DNA of 64,000 nt from Octopus vulgaris (GCA_951406725.2 OX597831.1:6076001-6140000); one strand, 5' to 3'; shown: positions 27,485-41,605, counted from the stretch's first letter. Notes: generated from the letters alone by a model not told the origin. Numbers and translations are program-made.

Positions 27485-27910
27485 TTCACCCTTTCGTTAC
27501 CAACCCGGCTGAAACCAGCTCTGGCTCTGAGTACAAATGTCTTGTTTTCATAAGTTTTGAATTAAAATCTTCCACCAAACCTTAGTCACAATTTATGTTA
27601 ACCAAGTAATTTTACTAAATTCTTTGTTATATTTAAAGTAATTGAAAGAAACACAGAACATCCCAAAATAAATACAGTAATGATAGGGTTAAACATTTGT
27701 TTGACCCTTTAACATTCAGATTATGATGTCAAATGTTTTGAATTAATCGTTCATTATCTTATAAGCTTTGAGATTTTAATGATGTGATTGTTTATTTTGA
27801 GAATAACATTGTAGGGTAGCTGTGGGAGTTCAAATCTGACCAGTTTTGAACATAAAATAGGTTGAATATTTTGGGCTCGGTAGGGATGGTTTAAATGCCA
27901 AAGGGTCAAT
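27485..27910. mobile_element. Two adjacent piggyBac-type MITEs of different families
   Basis: 27485-27691 matches the 25025 family. 27701-27910 has CCCTTTAACATT...AATGCCAAAGGG termini, with relatives at 21115-21330 and 38185-38342. Confidence 0.6.
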
Positions 27911-28064
27911 TATCATCTTGATGGTTTTATAATTTGATGCAATTATTTCTCTTTCGCAGCACCGTTTATGAACTGCGATAGTTGCAGTGAATGTCACAAA
28001 ACACTTTATTTTCACAAATTGCATCAGCCAATGTTTGTGACTGTGTCAGAGCTGGTGCCATGCA

Positions 28065-29336
28065 TTGGGTTGTCCGGAAAGTTCGTACCAATTTTTAAAG
28101 GAAAGAAAAAGGACAATAAATACTTGCCATTACATTTTTAATCAACCAAATATGAACCATTTTATTGCACAATGCATCTCCCTTTTTCCTTTAACTTGAA
28201 AATACCCTCTTCCCAGAATTGAGGTGGTTTCATGGCAAAGAATTCATCAAGGTATCTTCTTACATCATCCAAGGAATTGAAATTTTTACCATTAAGACTA
28301 TTCTGCAGAAACCTGAATAAGTGGAAATCCGAAGGAGCAATATCTGGTGAATATGGAGGGTGGAGTAACACATCCCAGCCGAGCTGCAGCAATTTTTGTC
28401 TGGTTCCCAAAGAAACGTGCCATCTTGCATTATCAAGTTGGAAAACAACACCCTTCCTGTTGGCCAATTCTGGACGTTTCTCTTGAATTGCTGCTTTTAA
28501 CTCGTCCAGTTGTGTGCAGTGTTTCTCAGAATTAATTGTCTGGTTACTTGGGAGAAGCTCATAGTACAGAATTCCTTTGCAATCCCACCAGACACAAAGC
28601 AAGACTTTTCTAGGGTGAAGACCTGCTTTAGGTGGCTCATGTTGCTTACTCCAGGATCGCTTTCTCTGAACATTTCGGTAGGTAATCCATTTCTCATTAC
28701 CTGTCACAATTTACTTTAAAAAAGTCACGTTTTCATTCCATTTATAAAGCGAATCACAGATGGAAATGTGATCCAAAAGGTTCTTCTCACTCAACTCATG
28801 TGGTATCGAAACATCATAGCGATTTGTGTACCCAAGCTTTACCAGGTGCTCATGAACGACGGATTTTGATAGGTTGAGGCTTTCTGTCAATTCTCAGGTT
28901 GTGCAATGTGGGTTATTCTCAATTAATGACTTGATTTGGTCATCATCTGTAGTGGATGGTCTGCCTGACCGCTCTTTATCAATAAGGCTACAATCTCCAG
29001 CTCGGAACCTTGCGAACCACTTCCGTACAGTTCTTTCAGATAAAGAAACATCACCGTAAACTGTGCATATTTCTTTGGTTGCTTGTGAGGCACTTTTCTC
29101 TTTACGGAAAAAGAAAAGCATCAAGTGTCGTAAATGAACTTTCTTATCTTCCATTTTAAAGGATTACGGAATTAACACAGGTTATAGGAACACAAACCTT
29201 CTTCCACGAAAAGATAGCTTAAACTGTGCTCTAAATGGAGGTGTAGTAAAATCCTATTTTATGGACTCAACCATGTTCTAAAATAAGTCGAAAGGTAAGC
29301 TACTATAAATTGGCATGAACTTTCTGGACAACCCAA
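28065..29336 (-). mobile_element. Full-length mariner (DD34D) transposon, transposase frameshifted
   Basis: TIRs TTGGGTTGTCCGGAAAGTTCGTACCAATTT / AAATTGGCATGAACTTTCTGGACAACCCAA. ORF pieces LSERTVRKWFARFRAG..RSGRP, TGNEKWITYRN, DNARWH and HPPYSPDIAPSDFHLF. Confidence 0.95.
28162..29154 (-). pseudogene. Mariner transposase pseudogene
   Basis: Two ORF fragments (28894-29154, 28162-28707). The first catalytic D appears as N. Confidence 0.9.
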
Positions 29337-29496
29337 TAAAATGCACCCAGTACACTCTGTAGAATGGTTGGCATTAGGAAGGGCACCCAGCTGTAGAAAC
29401 CATGCCAAAACAGACACTGGAGCCTGGTATGGCTCCTGGCTTTGCCACCTCCCATCAAACTATCCAACCCATGTCGGCATGGAAAACAGATATTAA

Positions 29497-29528
<32 letters not shown>

Positions 29529-29824
29529 TGTTGTCGATTCGCTAATATCAGCCACAAATATGCCCCTATTACGATTAAGTTCAAGAACTCTTTCTCCTGG
29601 TTCCAGCAGTTTTATAGCAAAAGCAGTTGAGTGTGGGACTTTGGTAAGGAAGGCAACTGTGTTTGTTTCCTTTCTTAGTTCCTTCACACATTTTCCCCAT
29701 GTATGATGGTTTCAAGCTTTTATCCCCTTTATATCATCTGTCCGTTTGTCTGTCCATCCAGATGTCCATTTGTCTATCCATCCATCAATCATTCCATCCA
29801 TCCACCCACCCATCCATTCATCCC

Positions 29825-29937
29825 CCCCTCTCTCTCTTTCAATCTATCTAGCTAGCTCTCTCTCTCTCTCTCTCTATCTATCTAGCTCTCTCTCTCTCTC
29901 TCTACCTAGCTAGCTCTCTCTCTCTCTCTCTAGCTAG

Positions 29938-29998
<61 letters not shown>

Positions 29999-30187
29999 GC
30001 TAGCTAGCTCTCTCTCTCTCTATCTATCTATCTAGCTAGCTAGCTCTCTCTCTATCTATCTATCTATCTATCTATCTAGCTAGCTCTCTCTCTCTCTATC
30101 TATCTATCTAGCTAGCTCTCTCTCTCTCTCTCTATCTATCTAGCTAGCTAGCTAGCTCTCTCTCTCTATATATATATCTATCTATCT

Positions 30188-30250
<63 letters not shown>

Positions 30251-30252
30251 GC
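29825..30252. repeat. Compound (CT)/(CTAT)/(CTAG) microsatellite
   Basis: Directly visible. Confidence 0.95.
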
Positions 30253-30605
30253 CTGTTTCTTTTCCCTAATGGCCCAACTACATTGTTCCACTACCAAGTT
30301 ATCTTAGGTCAAGAAGGAACTTTGCACCAGCCACAGATCTGATCAGTGGCTCTCAATAGATTGTCCCATAGGAACCTCCAGTTGTCCTCCACATTATGTG
30401 ATACTATATCCTCCTCTTTTCTGTTACAGTGATACGTCTCTAAATCTCTGTCCATTCTGAGGATCCTTAAGCTTCCAGACCCTTCTTTTCCACGCTGGTC
30501 GTCTTCTGAGCAGCCCTTTAGCTCTGATCCTGAAGTCGCAAACTACTGACGTATATTGTGGGTAGTTATATACATATACATAAACGTAGATATCTATATA
30601 CATAT

Positions 30606-31040
30606 TACTCTTTACTCTTTTACTTGTTTCAGTCATTTGACTGCGGCCATGATGGAGCACCGCCTTTAGTCGAGCAAATTAACCCCGGGACTTATTCTTT
30701 GTAAGCCCAGTACTTATTCTATCGGTCTCTTTTGCCGAACCGCTAGGTGACGGGGACGTAAACACACCAGCATCGGTTGTCAAGCAATGCTAGGGGGACA
30801 AACACAGACACACAAACACACACACACACACATATATATATAGTCACACAAACATATACACACACATATATATATATACATATATACAACAGGCTTCTTT
30901 CAGTTTCCGTCTACCAAATCCACTCACAAGGCATTGGTCGGCCCGGGGCTATAGCAGAAGACACTTGCCCAAGATGCCACGCAGTGGGACTGAACCCGGA
31001 ACCATGTGGTTGGTTAGCAAGCTACTTACCACACAGCCAC
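30606..31040 (-). mobile_element. SINE family A
   Basis: Reverse-complement match to family A. Confidence 0.85.
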
Positions 31041-31752
31041 TTATATATATGTACATGTATGTTTTATACATAAGTGTGTATGTGTGCGTGAGTGTGTGTG
31101 TGTGTGTGTGTGTGTATGAGTGTGTGTATGTTGGTGTCACCTTGTTTTGACATCTCATGATAGTTGTAATATGATTGTCACTATCGTGGAAGCAGTGTCA
31201 TTCAGTTTGCAATATATTCTGTGAGGGACATGTCAGGCCATGAGAAAATGCTGGCTTGCTTGGAAAACAAACCTGCCGTGATAAATTCATGCGAGCATGG
31301 AAAAGTAGACATTAAAATAATGGTGGTGGTTGTGGTGGTGGTGGCGGCAGCGGCGGTGATGGTGGTGGTGGTGGTGGTAATGATGATGATGATGTTAAAA
31401 TGTTGCAAAAAAGAAAAACAATAGAAAATAAAACTAAGACCAGCTATTCTATTTTGCATATCACATGACTAATTTGCATGTCCCATGACAAAAGCATAGT
31501 CATTCACTTTAACGTGCAATATTGTTTGTAGGGTGGGTGAGTTTTTCTTAAATATAATCTCCATATTTACACGGTGCCGTAACTTTCTAATGCTGTCTGC
31601 TGAATTCACTTCAGATGCTATAGAATTCTCAAAGACAGACATTTACTTGTAGACACAGACACATTCACACTGTTTGTATAGTTTATTAAAAAGATGGTTT
31701 GTCTAGGAATTTTCTTTTGTATATTGTTATTAATAATGACTGACCGCTTTCT

Positions 31753-32075
31753 ATTGGGTCATCCCATAAATAATGCGGTTTTTTTCAATTGCATGGACTG
31801 AAAGATGGAGGGGATGGGATAAACTAGTTGCATCAACTTTCTAATGCGGTTTTTTTCAATTGCATGGACTGAAAGTTGGAGGGGATGGGATAAACTAGTT
31901 GCATCAACTTTCTATAAAAGGAGCTAGTAATTTTACCTTCTACTTGTTCCTAGTGCAAGTTTTGAAGAGTGCGGTTCGATTGTAGCAGTTGTTTTTTCAA
32001 AGCTATAGTGGAAGTGACAAAGGAGCATATTCGACATATTTTGCTTTGTGAGTTCAATAAAGGCAACAATGCAAT
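31753..32075 (+). mobile_element. Mariner 5' fragment with a ~70-bp tandem duplication
   Basis: TA-TTGGGTCATCCCATAAATAATGCGGTTTTTT TIR-like start; translates VEVTKEHIRHILLCEFNKGNNA (mariner N-terminus); 31771-31841 is repeated at 31842-31912. Confidence 0.7.
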
Positions 32076-32878
32076 GGAAAATGAATTCCCCAAATGAAAA
32101 TTTTACACACATGCATGCACAGACATATTTATGCATAACCACACCCATGCACACAAACAAACACCTGCATGCATGCACACACACACATGCATGCACATAC
32201 ACATATGCATATGTGCACACACATGCATGCACAGACATTTATGTATAACCACACACATTCACACACACGCACCTTCACACACACAGAAACACATGCATGC
32301 ATGCCCACACACACACACTTACATGTGCATGTGTGTGGGTGGGCATGCATGTGTGTGCATGCACGCATGCATTCACACACATGCATACAGGCACACACAT
32401 GCATGTATGCACATACACACATGCATGCCCACCCACCCACACACACACACACACACATGCACATGCACACACATGTATGTAATATTATTCTCTTTCTGGG
32501 TCACAAAAACTTTTTTTGGAAATGTAAGAAAAATAGTTCAAATTTGTTTTCTTATTAATGACACACATTCTTCTCTTTTTTCATGAAACACAATTTCCAC
32601 AAAGTTACTAGGTCAGTAGCCTTCTTTTGTTGTCATCCAGTCTCAGCTGAACAATTAAAGTTTTCTATGCAAAATCTGCAATTGAACAGATATGGAGCAT
32701 GACTGCATAATATATGCTTACAACCACACCAAGAGATTTAGCCAACAAAGAAGTGACACTATGTGCTGCAAACAAAAAGCAATTAATGCACGTTCATCTA
32801 GTTGTCAGTCTGGGTAAGTTTGGATTATCAGAAAAGGAAAACAAACCAACTGATTTGCGCATTACAAATATAATCTCC

Positions 32879-34016
32879 TTTCTTTACTAACCACAAGGGA
32901 CCAAACACAGAGGGGACAAACAAGGACAGACAAAGGGATTAAGTCGATTACATAGACCCCAGTGCGTAACTGGTACTCAATTTACTGACCCTGAAAGGAT
33001 GAAAGGCAAAGTCGACCTCGGCAGAATTTGAACTCAGTACGTAACGGCAGACGAAATACCGATTTCTTTACTACCCACAACAGGCTAAACACAGAGGGGA
33101 CAAACAAGGACAGACAAAGGGATTAAGTCGATTACATAGACCCCAGTGCGTAACTGGTACTCAATTTACTGACCCGGAAAGGATGAAAGGCAAAGTTGAC
33201 CTCGGCAGAATTTGAACTCAGTACGTAACGGCAGACGAAATACCTATTTCTTTACTACCCACAACGGGCTAAACACAGAGGGGACAAACAAGGACAGACA
33301 AAGGGATTATGTCGATTACATCGATCCCAGTGCGTAACTGGTACTCAATTTACTGACCCTGAAAGAATGAAAGGCAAAGTCGACCTCGGCGGAATTTGAA
33401 CACAGTACGTAACGGCAGACGAAATACCTATTTCTTTACTAACCACAACGGGCTAAACACAGAGGGGACAAACAAGGACAGACAAAGGGATTAAGTCGAT
33501 TACATCAACCCCAGTGCGTAACTGGTACTCAATTTATTGACCCTGAAAGGATGAAAGGCAAAGTCGACCTCGGCGGAATTTGAACTCAGTACGTAACAGC
33601 AGACGAAATACCTATTTCTTTACTACCTACAACAGGCTAAACACAGAGGGGACAAACAAGGACAGACAAAGGGATTAAGTCGATTACATAGACCCCAGTG
33701 CGTGACTGGTACTCAATTTTTTGACCCGGAAAGGATGAAAGGCAAAGTCGACCTCTGCGAAATTTGAACTCAGTACGTAACAGCAGACAAAATACCTATT
33801 TCTTTACTACCCACAAGGGGCTAAACATAGAGGGGACAAAGGGATTAAGTCGATTACATCGATCCCAGTGCGTGACTGGTACTTAAATTAGCAACCCTAA
33901 AAGGATGAAAGGCAAAGTCTACCTCGGCAGAATTTGAACTCAGTACGTAACGGCAGAAGAAGTACCGCTAAGCATTTCGCCCGACGTGCTAACGCTTCTG
34001 CCAGCTCGCCGCCTTT
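32879..34016 (-). repeat. Hexameric tandem array (184-bp period) of the SINE family B body with a single head
   Basis: Units start at 32879, 33063, 33247, 33431, 33615 and 33799; head at ~33960-34016. Confidence 0.9.
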
Positions 34017-34142
34017 AAAATACAAATATAATCTGTAAGTGGAACAGTGAAACTATGCAAGAGTTTTCCCACGTTTAAAATGTGACCTTGCTTTCGTTAT
34101 CCGCATTCCAAAGATGGAGGTTTGTATATTTGTGAAAAAGCA

Positions 34143-34713
34143 GGTGCGAAATGCTTAGCGGTACTTCTTCTGCCATTATGTACTGAGTTCAAATTCTGCC
34201 GAGGTCGACTTTGCCTTTCATCCTTTCAGGGTCGCTAATTTAAGTACCAGTCACGCACTGGGATCGATATAATCAACTTAATCCCTTTGTCTGTCCTTAT
34301 TTGTCCCCTCTGTGTTTAGCCCGTTGTGGGTAGTAAAGAAATAGGTATTTCGTCTGCCGTTACGTACTGAGTTAAAATTCCGCCGAGGTCGACTTTGCCT
34401 TTCATCCTTTCAGGGTCAGTAAATTGAGTACCAGTTACGCACTGGGGTCGATGTAATCGACTTATAAGAAAGAATTAAAATAATGAAAAGCAGAAAATGG
34501 ACATTAAATGATGATGATGATGATGATGATGATACATGCACGTGCTTACGTTCTGAGTTCAAATCCCGCCGAGGTCGACTTTGCCTTTCATCCTTTCGGG
34601 GTCGATTAAATAAGTACCAGTTACGCACTGGGGTCGATATAATCGACTTAATCCGTTTGTCTGTCCTTATCTGTCCTCTCTGTGTTTAGCCCCTTGTGGG
34701 TAGTAAAGAAATA
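34143..34713 (+). mobile_element. SINE family B multimer, inverted relative to the array
   Basis: Shares private variants (CGGTACTTCTTCTGCC, G.TAATTTAAGTACCAGTCACGC, TACTGAG) with 33650-33980. Confidence 0.8.
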
Positions 34714-34832
34714 GACACATGCACGCTCGCACACACATACACAAAATTAATATAAACAGAAGTTTGCAGTCAGACAGACAGACAGACAGACAGATAGATA
34801 GACAGATAGACAGACAGACAGACAGACTGATT

Positions 34833-34896
<64 letters not shown>

Positions 34897-35309
34897 CACA
34901 CACACACACATGCACACTCATACATTTTGTTTCTCCCACTTGTTTAATTATTCTCAAACTAATGTCACCAATCCTTTGGAATACCTGGGGAATACCTGGC
35001 TTCCTTAGAGGTCCACTTATTCATGCTTTCTATTCATTCATATCCTTTACTACTGACCCACCCAGAGGTGACTAAACACGCACTCCCCACCCCCACCCTC
35101 AACACACACACATTCTTTTGTTCTACCCTTTTAACAAAGACACAAAGATTAATACTGATTAATAAATCAGATGACAATTCTTCACAGGTGGCACTGCTGA
35201 GGCCTGGCCAGAAATAGCTGACCTTCCTGAAACCTCATTACAATTATTTCTCTCACACAAAAAATGCTAATGTTGAAGTCATTGATGTAGCAGTTGTCAT
35301 AAAAGAAGT

Positions 35310-35340
<31 letters not shown>

Positions 35341-36169
35341 ATTGTTCTTGTTGTGTGAGTTGTAGTGGTGGTAGGGTTCTTTCCAAACTCATCTTCTCTT
35401 GATGTACATATCTTGCGCTAATTCAACCCTGACTGAAAAGATCTATAAGTCAAATCTCTCCAACCATGACAATTCCATTTGTTTTCTAAGACTGTTTTAT
35501 TGTTACATTTTTCTACCAGTTTTTCATTTTTTTTTTACCTATTTCTTTATTTAAGTAGGGTGTGATTCAATGGAAGCTTGGTTGTTATTTCCAGACAGTG
35601 CCCACCTGACCCTACTATACTGTGTAGTCAACAAAATCAAAAACAAACAATGAGTTTGCACAAAATTAAAAACATAAAATGGTGACAATTTACCCATCAT
35701 ATCCTGTATATATGTATATATATGTATATATGTATATATATGTATATATATGTATATATGTATATATATTCGTTTGGTTGCCTCACAGTTTGTTTTTTTG
35801 CATCACATTTTTTTTACCCATTCTTTAGTCACACTTCCCAGCTGTGGCTTTTATGATATCATTTCAAAAACCTTCTACTGTTCCTGTTATGAATAAGATA
35901 TTGTAACTATAGGAAAGTATTCAAGTAGAACAGGAATTGAAATAGATAATGTCTCTTGGTGATAAGCTTAACGTAATACTTGAAACTTTGGGAAAATCAT
36001 TTCTAATCCAAAGCTTGTTGATAAAAATACTTATTTTCTCCTTTATTTATTATTGACATTAATCTCATTCAAAGAAGAAAATAAAGAAATCGTTCTAATA
36101 GTTGTTAATGTATGTATTTTTTTGATATATATAAAGAAATATATGCACACATGCATACATATATAAAAT

Positions 36170-36421
36170 AAATGTGCCCTTTTAAAAACCTAGCCAGGCT
36201 CATGGGCCCGGTTTCCCGGTTTCAATGGCGTATGTGTTCCCCAGCTGGACGGGACGCCAGTCCATTCCAGTGTTACTCATTTTTGCCAGCTGAGTGGACT
36301 GGAGCAACGTGAAATGAAGTGTTTTGCTCAAGAGCATAACGCATCGCCCGGTCCAGGAATTGAAACCACAATCTTACGCTCATGATGCTGACACCCTAAC
36401 CACTAAGCCACGCGCCTCCAC
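36170..36421 (-). mobile_element. tRNA-derived SINE family E
   Basis: Minus-strand head GTGGAGGCGCGTGGCTTAGTGGTTAGGG...GGTTTCAATTCC, followed by CTTGAGCAAAACACTT. Confidence 0.7.
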
Positions 36422-36422
36422 T

Positions 36423-36455
<33 letters not shown>

Positions 36456-37130
36456 TTCTTGGTCATTTATGACTTTATACACTCCTTAATAGTCTCTTGT
36501 TTTGTACTGTATATTATGTCTGGTTTTTAGACTGTTCCATTAATGAGCTCTTTACATGAGTACTATCATATATTGCGACTTAAACACACACACACACACA
36601 CGAGTGAGTGGACAGTTGAAAGAAGGGCACTCAACCAGTTTATTGGGAGTTACGTGTATAGATAAAAACAGTCTGCTTCAAATTCGTTGGTAATCTCAAG
36701 TTCCAAGTGTGGTGCTAGTTGTCAGCTATTTTGAATTCGAATGACAGAATTTGATTGTTATTGCCATAAGGAGGGCTGCGATTGGTCGAAGAAGGTCACA
36801 TGGTGTCGTGCTTTGATGTCGATATATGAATAACTATTAGCTGGAAAATACTGCATGGGGAATAGGAAATAGACCACATGGAGATTAGGAAATCAGTCAG
36901 GTTGTGGCTGGGTGAAAATAAGAAGGGGCAGCATGTGCAAGTATATAGTTCCATATGTGGGTGAGTAGATGCACTCATATAGTTTTGCATGCATGTGCAT
37001 ATTGATGTGAACATGTGCATCTGTACATGGGTGCACACGCATGTATGCACATGCACACACTTGCATGAACGCACACATGCATACACGCATCATATACATT
37101 TATATGTATATATGTATATCCGCATGCATA

Positions 37131-37363
37131 CCTATTTCTTTATTACCCACAAGGGGCTAAACACAGAGGAGACAAACAAGGACAGACATAGGTATTAAGT
37201 CGATTACATCGACCCCAGTGCATAACTGGTACTTAATTTATCGACCCCGAAAGGATGAAAGGCAAAGTCGACCTCGGTGGAATTTGAACTCACAATGTAA
37301 CGCAGATGAAATACCGCTAAGCATTTCGCCCGGCATGCTAACGTTTTTGCCTGCTCGCCGCCT
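37131..37363 (-). mobile_element. SINE family B monomer
   Basis: Head plus one body unit. Confidence 0.8.
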
Positions 37364-37639
37364 TACATACCAGTGTACATGCGTGCATACACATGCACAT
37401 GTAAATTAACATGTGCATGCATGTGAGTACTCATGTGCAAAACAAGCATTGGGGCTTGGTAAGCGATGAGAATTGGTAAGCGTTGGGGATTGGTATGCGT
37501 TGGGGAATGGTAAATGACAGTCCTCCTCAATGTGTTGGTTGGTAGCAGTGGCCTTGGTGCAAGTGGAGCAAAGTAGCTGCTGGTGCTAAGGTCGTATATC
37601 CGGGTTGTGACAGTCAGAGGCCTGAAATTTGCCAGAAGG

Positions 37640-38180
37640 GCATAACTCTGGTGACAGCAATACAATAAATCGTATTTTTTATTGATCGATACTGTGGCTT
37701 GTTGAAGAATATGCAATTTTCATAGAGGCAGAGCTGGCAATTGGAGGCGCCAGGTGAATATGGTGGCGCTTTGTCGACAATAGTCCGCTTGATGCTTGGT
37801 ATTTCATCTCAGAAATCATGGAGTCTCCAGACAAAGCGAGACAGAGAAGTAGAATTCTCTCTGTCTCTGGATCTGAATGAGTGCATATGCTGGGAGTATC
37901 TTCCCTTGAAGTCATTAGCTGTCATACCTGTATAGTGCCGAGTAATGCCATTGTATGGTGTAAGGGTGGCTCTGTATACTATGGCCCTTAAGAGGCAAGA
38001 TCCTTCTAGAAGGCACATGGTGGTGTTTTGGAAGTTCAGGTTGGGGTTGGGGGTGGTGTGGGAGCATTTTACGTCTATTGATGCATGCAATGTCAGATGC
38101 GATGTCATCTAAGCAGGAGTAGCTTACCTTGACATTATGGGGGTTGAAGAGTTTGTAATATTTATGGCCTCTGGGGAATT
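37640..38180 (-). pseudogene. Penelope-like retroelement GIY-YIG endonuclease C-terminal fragment (Neptune-like)
   Basis: Frameshifted pieces [93 protein letters not shown] and INKKYDLLYCCH. Confidence 0.85.
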
Positions 38181-38761
38181 ACGAGATTTGTGATTGTTAT
38201 ATTTTATAATAATAAATAATGTGATTGTTTATTTTCAGAATGACATTGTAGCAGAAGTGAGGGACTGGATCTGACCAGTTTGTATATAAAACAGGTGGAA
38301 TATTTTGGCCAGATATAACTGGTTTAAATGCTTAAAGGTTAAACAATGCTAATGGTAATTGTAGAGTGTAAAGTCAACAAGGTTTAGCTGTACATCCAGT
38401 TGGTTGGACAACCGCATAGAAATTCATTTGTGTCATTTAGAACCCAGAGCTGATCTTACTCTTTTGAGTGTGTATCTGTATTTTCGGATAAATAATTTAG
38501 ATGTGAAAACATTGAGAGAAAACAGCACTTGAATTTGATGTAATTAATCAGTGTCAGACAATACGAAGTTTGTTCTGATATCTCTTATCAGATATTCAGG
38601 AATGAAAAGGACTTATATTCGTCAACAGTTCATCTTTTTGTTCAGTGGGTCAACCTTGATTAGCAGTTTGCCTGGCTGTCAATGATAATAGTGTTAATTT
38701 TAGCAATATCATCTAGGTTACCTTCGCCCACACACATATAATTTATATATATATATATAAT

Positions 38762-38794
<33 letters not shown>

Positions 38795-38805
38795 CATATA
38801 TATAC

Positions 38806-38908
<103 letters not shown>

Positions 38909-38937
38909 CATACATATATATATATACATACATATAT

Positions 38938-38976
<39 letters not shown>

Positions 38977-39767
38977 CATACATATATACATATATATACA
39001 CACACACACACATAGATATCAACAAGGGAAAGGGGGAATGAAGCAGTCCAGGGTTTCTAATAATAGGTAAAGAGTTTGAGTTAGATAACAGTGATGAGGA
39101 GTGATATCTTAAAGAGTTTTATATATATATATATATATCTATGTCATCATCGTCATTTAACGTCCATTTTCCATGCTGGCATGGGTTGGATGGCTTGATT
39201 GAAGCCGGTTAAGGGTGGGAGCCACACCAGGTTTCCATCTGCTTTGGATTGGTTTCTACAGCTCGATGCTCCTCCTGATGCCAACCACTTTAGAAAGTGT
39301 ACTGGGTGCTCTTTCTGTGGCTGTGGAGATGAGGTGAACTGGAAGGAAGGGGCAGTGATGTCAAAACCTGAGGGGCCCCATCGGAAGAGGAAGAGAGAGT
39401 GATGAAGTGAGGAAAATAAGACCGGCATGGTCCACTTTGGCCTCAAGGCAGTGGTAGTGACCAGATACGTGCGGACACGAGGGTGAAACGGGGCTTTAGC
39501 AGTAGTTAGTAGGTGATAGGTGAGATGGATAGGGCATGTCTTGAATTTAACAGCTGGACAGGTGACACCGAGAGGAAGTGAGCCACAGTGACGGTGAATG
39601 GACGAGTGTGGACACGAGGGCAAGACAGGACTTTAGCAACAACTACCAGGCAGCAGAAAAATGGCAATGAGTGAGCTCATCACAAAATACCAGGCAGAAT
39701 GTAGTGGCAATGGCAGCTGTGGAGGCCCGTGATGTTACTTGACGATCGGTAAAGAATGAGGAGAGAA

Positions 39768-40123
39768 CTAGCAGTTAAGCCCGGTTTCACCCGGTCTGTT
39801 TGGATGATGTGGGTGTGATCATTTTTGGTTAGACATAATCTATAACAGCATTTCTCAACCTTGTCGTTTCGGGTCCCTTGCTTCGATTGGAGCCTCCAGC
39901 TGTATGAAAATTTCCTGACCCCCACCGCCCCTTGTCAGAAAACAGCTTCAAGAGTTGTGAAGAAAGAATTTGTACATAGCCTGTTTCTGTCTAATCAGTA
40001 AAACATTTATTTAATTATGAACATATAAAGAAATTATACATTAATCCCTATTTTTGGAAGCAGTAGAATCCATAAAAATTTTATTTGCAGAGAGCAGAAA
40101 TTAAAAGAAGGTATGTGAAATGG

Positions 40124-40155
<32 letters not shown>

Positions 40156-41105
40156 ATGCGTGCTTGCGTGTGTGTATGTGAGAGAGAAAGAGGGTGAGAA
40201 AGAGAGATAGAGTGAGTGAGTGAAGGTGTGTGCCAGTGAGTTACATTGGCTGGCACAATGACTAGGAGGCTTTTGAGGTGGCAGATGACTGGGGTGATTT
40301 GAAAGATGTGAAGAAATGCCATCTTTTCAGTGGAGCACTTCTTTGTAGGCAACGTTTCTCGTTTTCCCTTCTGATGCACAAATGTATAGACTTTGTGGCC
40401 TGCCAACACGGGAGCATCCAACGTAAAGTTGACCATGGGAGAACACTTGCTCTGTGAGATTTAAACCAACCATTTGCAATGATTGACCCCATGCCTTATT
40501 TATTGTCATTGCAAAGGAGAGTTTGATAGGAAATTAAAGCCACTTAAACAAGTAGATCGCATCGGAAGGAGTGAGGGACATTTGAGTTATAAGAACATCT
40601 TGACCAGTGGTCGGTCCATTCAATTCTATTGGACCTCTGTCTAATCATGTCTTTTAAGGTACACACACATACATAGAAAATGTGAGGTCATGGTAGAAAA
40701 TTTTTATGATAATTGATATATGGAAAAAGATTTAAAAGAAAATGAGGGCAAAAAGCACTCGTTTTTTCACAATGAAAAATCGTTTCCTAGTAGCCGGAAT
40801 TTCGCGACAAAATGTATGTTTATTAAGCACAACAGCCTGCAGTGCATGCCGCTGGGCATTAAAAGCCAATCGCACAAACCTAGAGGGGCTTTGGGCCCCC
40901 TTGAATCGATAAAAAATCACTCTTTTTGCCATAGCAACCACATCTTTATAGCTTGTGAATTTTAACCATCGCAGATCTCATCCTCACCACACAATTAGTA
41001 TCCCTGCCAATTTTCAGCTCAATTTTAGCCTTTGTTTGGCCGCCATTAATGTCAAAGCAAAATGTGCATACAATTTTCGTCCAAGGACTGTTTTATAGAT
41101 ATAGA
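39768..41105 (-). mobile_element. Internally deleted Helitron with PIF1-helicase C-terminal remnant
   Basis: 5' TCTATATCTATAAAA at 41105; 3' hairpin CCGGGTGAAACCGGG then CTAG-T at 39768; FAMTINKAWGQSL..FSHGQLYVGCSRVG..TRNVAYKEVL at 40327-40515. Confidence 0.85.
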
Positions 41106-41520
41106 AAAATACAGCAACCATTTATGGTGTTTCAAGTGCCAGGGATCACACATGGCAAGGGACTGTGCAGGAATGAAGCCTATATTTCTGCACCACCACC
41201 CCCATAAAAAGCACCATCCGAACGTGGCCGATGCCAGCACCGCCCCGACTGGCTTCTGTGCAGGTGGCACATAAAAAGCACCAACCGACCGTGGCTGATG
41301 CCAGACCCCTCTGGCACCTGTGCAGGTGGCACGTAAAAAGCACCCACTACACTCGCGGAGTGGTTGGCGTTAGGAAGGGCATCCAGCTGTAGAAACACTG
41401 CCAGACCAGACTGGAGCCTGGGGCAGCCCCTGGCTCCCCAGACCCCGGTCGAAACCGTCCAACCCGTGCTAGCGCGGAAAACGGACGTTAAACGATGATG
41501 ATGATGATGATGATATATGT

Positions 41521-41592
<72 letters not shown>

Positions 41593-41605
41593 TAGATAGA
41601 TAGAT

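Noticed and set aside
32879-33960. CRISPR array or hammerhead retrozyme
   Set aside because: Whole 184-bp units repeat with no unique spacers; no cas genes; eukaryotic context; CTGACCCTGAAAGGATGAAA does not fit the CUGANGA core.
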